NCBI GenBank assembly: GCA_963699755.1
Contig: CAVOVB010000002.1
Coordinates: 768,001 to 832,000 of the forward strand
Reading direction: 5' to 3'
Origin: an uncultured delta proteobacterium
GTDB lineage: Bacteria > Myxococcota_A > Polyangia > Polyangiales > Houyiibacteriaceae
DNA length: 64,000 nt
Part shown: one piece after another, positions 62,733-64,000 of the stretch
Layout: every line of letters starts with the position of its first letter
Numbering within the stretch: the first letter of the stretch is position 1
Notes under the pieces: model-generated
What the model was told of the DNA's origin: nothing
Databases searched by the model: none
The model's input: only the letters and a program-made list of their open reading frames with translations
Program-made: the position numbers and the translations under genes

Positions 62733-63014
62733 GGGTGGAGGATACCTGGGGGGTTGCGATCGGCGGAGAAACCGGCCGCCACTACACGGGCGTGCCAATT
62801 GGGACGGGCTGGAATTCGCTTGGTGAACCTTCGTCGCGACCCCGGTGGGCCAGGACATGGGCATCGGGGCGAGGAAGGGGTGTGAGACGCGTTCCCCGAG
62901 CTCGTCGATGCCTTCGAGGCGCGCGTCTGGAGACTTGGCTTCGCAGAATCTCAGGGGGTGCGGGTTTCGAATGCATATACTGAATCGATGGGCTGTGGCG
63001 CGAAAAGATAGGAG

Positions 63015-63487
63015 ATGCTGGCGCGCATGACTCCGGCCGTGGTGCTTGCGCTGGCCGTGGGCTCGATGGCGGGTGCGTTGGCGACGGTGGCATCGGTGGC
63101 GCTGGCGGGATAGCCGGCTCGGTCGGCACCGGGGCAGCTGTCGGGTCGGGAGGCTCGATTGCGCCCGCTGGCATTATCGACAAGGACGGCATTCTCATCA
63201 TCGAGAACAGGACCATCTCGGGCAATAGCGGCGCCGTCTTGCACGAAGACGGTTCGTACTCCAACGGCTACGGCATCCTCAACGGGGGCACGCTGACGAT
63301 AACGAACAGCACGGTGGGAGCGAACGCAGTCGGGGCTTGGACAATCGCCGCGAGGCGATGGTGACGAACAGCGTGATCGATCGACACCACCCCCACAGCG
63401 ATGTGAGAGGCGACCGAAGACCAGCGGGGCAAACCTCGACCCGCGGGCGCCATGTGCGACGTGGGGGCGTTCGAGCTGCAGCCGTAG
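63015..63487 (+). pseudogene. Decayed lipoprotein with beta-helix repeats and choice-of-anchor Q C-terminus
   Basis: AGGAG-ATG signal peptide stops after 32 codons. Other frames give a Gly-rich linker, GILNGGTLTITNSTV and a final DQRGKPRPAGAMCDVGAFELQP-stop. Confidence 0.8.
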
Positions 63488-63645
63488 GTTTTACGGGTAG
63501 CCGACTGCGCGGCCTGTGGTCTTTGCCGTGTCTTGTTTCGTTCTTGGTCTGAGGGTCGACCGAGCCGCTACGCTCGCGTTCGGGGGCGCGACTGGCGAAC
63601 ATTTCGACCCATCATCTGACTAGACGAACAGGGGTGGAAAATTAC

Positions 63646-63676
63646 CTGTGACCGATAGTGTGCGGGTCGGTCACAG
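63646..63676. promoter_or_regulatory. 10-bp perfect inverted repeat, candidate enhancer-binding-protein site
   Basis: CTGTGACCGA-N11-TCGGTCACAG about 60 bp upstream of a sigma54 promoter. Confidence 0.6.
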
Positions 63677-63735
63677 TTGGACGCTGGTCGGGCGGCCGGA
63701 ATTTCAAAAACGGGGCGAATTTGGAGGTTTGCGAT

Positions 63736-63751
63736 TGGCACGGCTGATGCA
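63736..63751 (+). promoter_or_regulatory. Sigma54 (-24/-12) promoter
   Basis: TGGCACG-GCTG-ATGCA with GG-N10-GC spacing. Confidence 0.7.
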
Positions 63752-63812
63752 CCTAGATCCGCGCTGAGAAGGGCGCTGCCAGGCATCTGGGTAGTGCAAA
63801 GGGAGCGGGAAC

Positions 63813-64000
63813 ATGCAAGCGAATGACTTCTCAGAGCTTCTCGAACAACTCGCGCGCTCGGAGCGTGATGGACATCGATACCGGAGCAGTGACTCGGTTG
63901 CGGAGCTGACCTACGGCGCGCTCATCGCAGAAGCAGACCAGCTGGCTCGAGGCATGCACGCTCTTGGAGCTCGTCGCGGCGACCGAGTGGGGCTGGTGTT
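63813..64000 (+). CDS. AMP-binding enzyme N-terminus (fatty acyl-AMP or acyl-CoA ligase; 3' partial)
   Basis: Not in the ORF track. Translates MQANDFSELLEQ...ELTYGALIAEADQLARGMHALGARRGDRVGLV, a typical adenylate-forming enzyme start. Confidence 0.8.
   Translation, partial: MQANDFSELLEQLARSERDGHRYRSSDSVAELTYGALIAEADQLARGMHALGARRGDRVGLV

Overview
GC-rich, gene-dense bacterial chromosome segment. The Cys-rich and Gly-rich lipoproteins, a C-terminal CxPxDPLC motif, sigma54 promoters and the SecA style suggest Myxococcota (Polyangia-like); this is inference. It holds about 55 CDSs: housekeeping genes (argJ, secA, fur, argS, gpmI, tag, mscS, msrAB, zwf, DEAD-box helicase plus RRM protein, metY and a metX-metW fusion, ygiQ, an rlmD-like methyltransferase), many lipid and redox enzymes, a MacAB/LolCDE-type exporter, an arylsulfatase and two decayed genes. 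I saw no rRNA, tRNA, CRISPR array, transposase, integrase or phage genes. The strongest candidate for an undescribed system is a CYP142-like cytochrome P450 followed by a CxxHxxC ferredoxin. Its promoter carries a perfect match to the actinobacterial KstR sterol operator (TAGAACTTGTTCTA) overlapped by a second palindrome, suggesting KstR-like control of sterol oxidation in a myxobacterium. Other notable items are a sigma54-driven lipoprotein built of two alternating disulfide modules, an acyl-CoA dehydrogenase homolog lacking its catalytic Glu, a 116-aa insertion in SecA, several apparently leaderless genes, a structured leader ahead of the RRM/DEAD-box operon, a small zinc-finger ORF and several large palindromes. 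Family calls come from motif recognition only; no searches were run.
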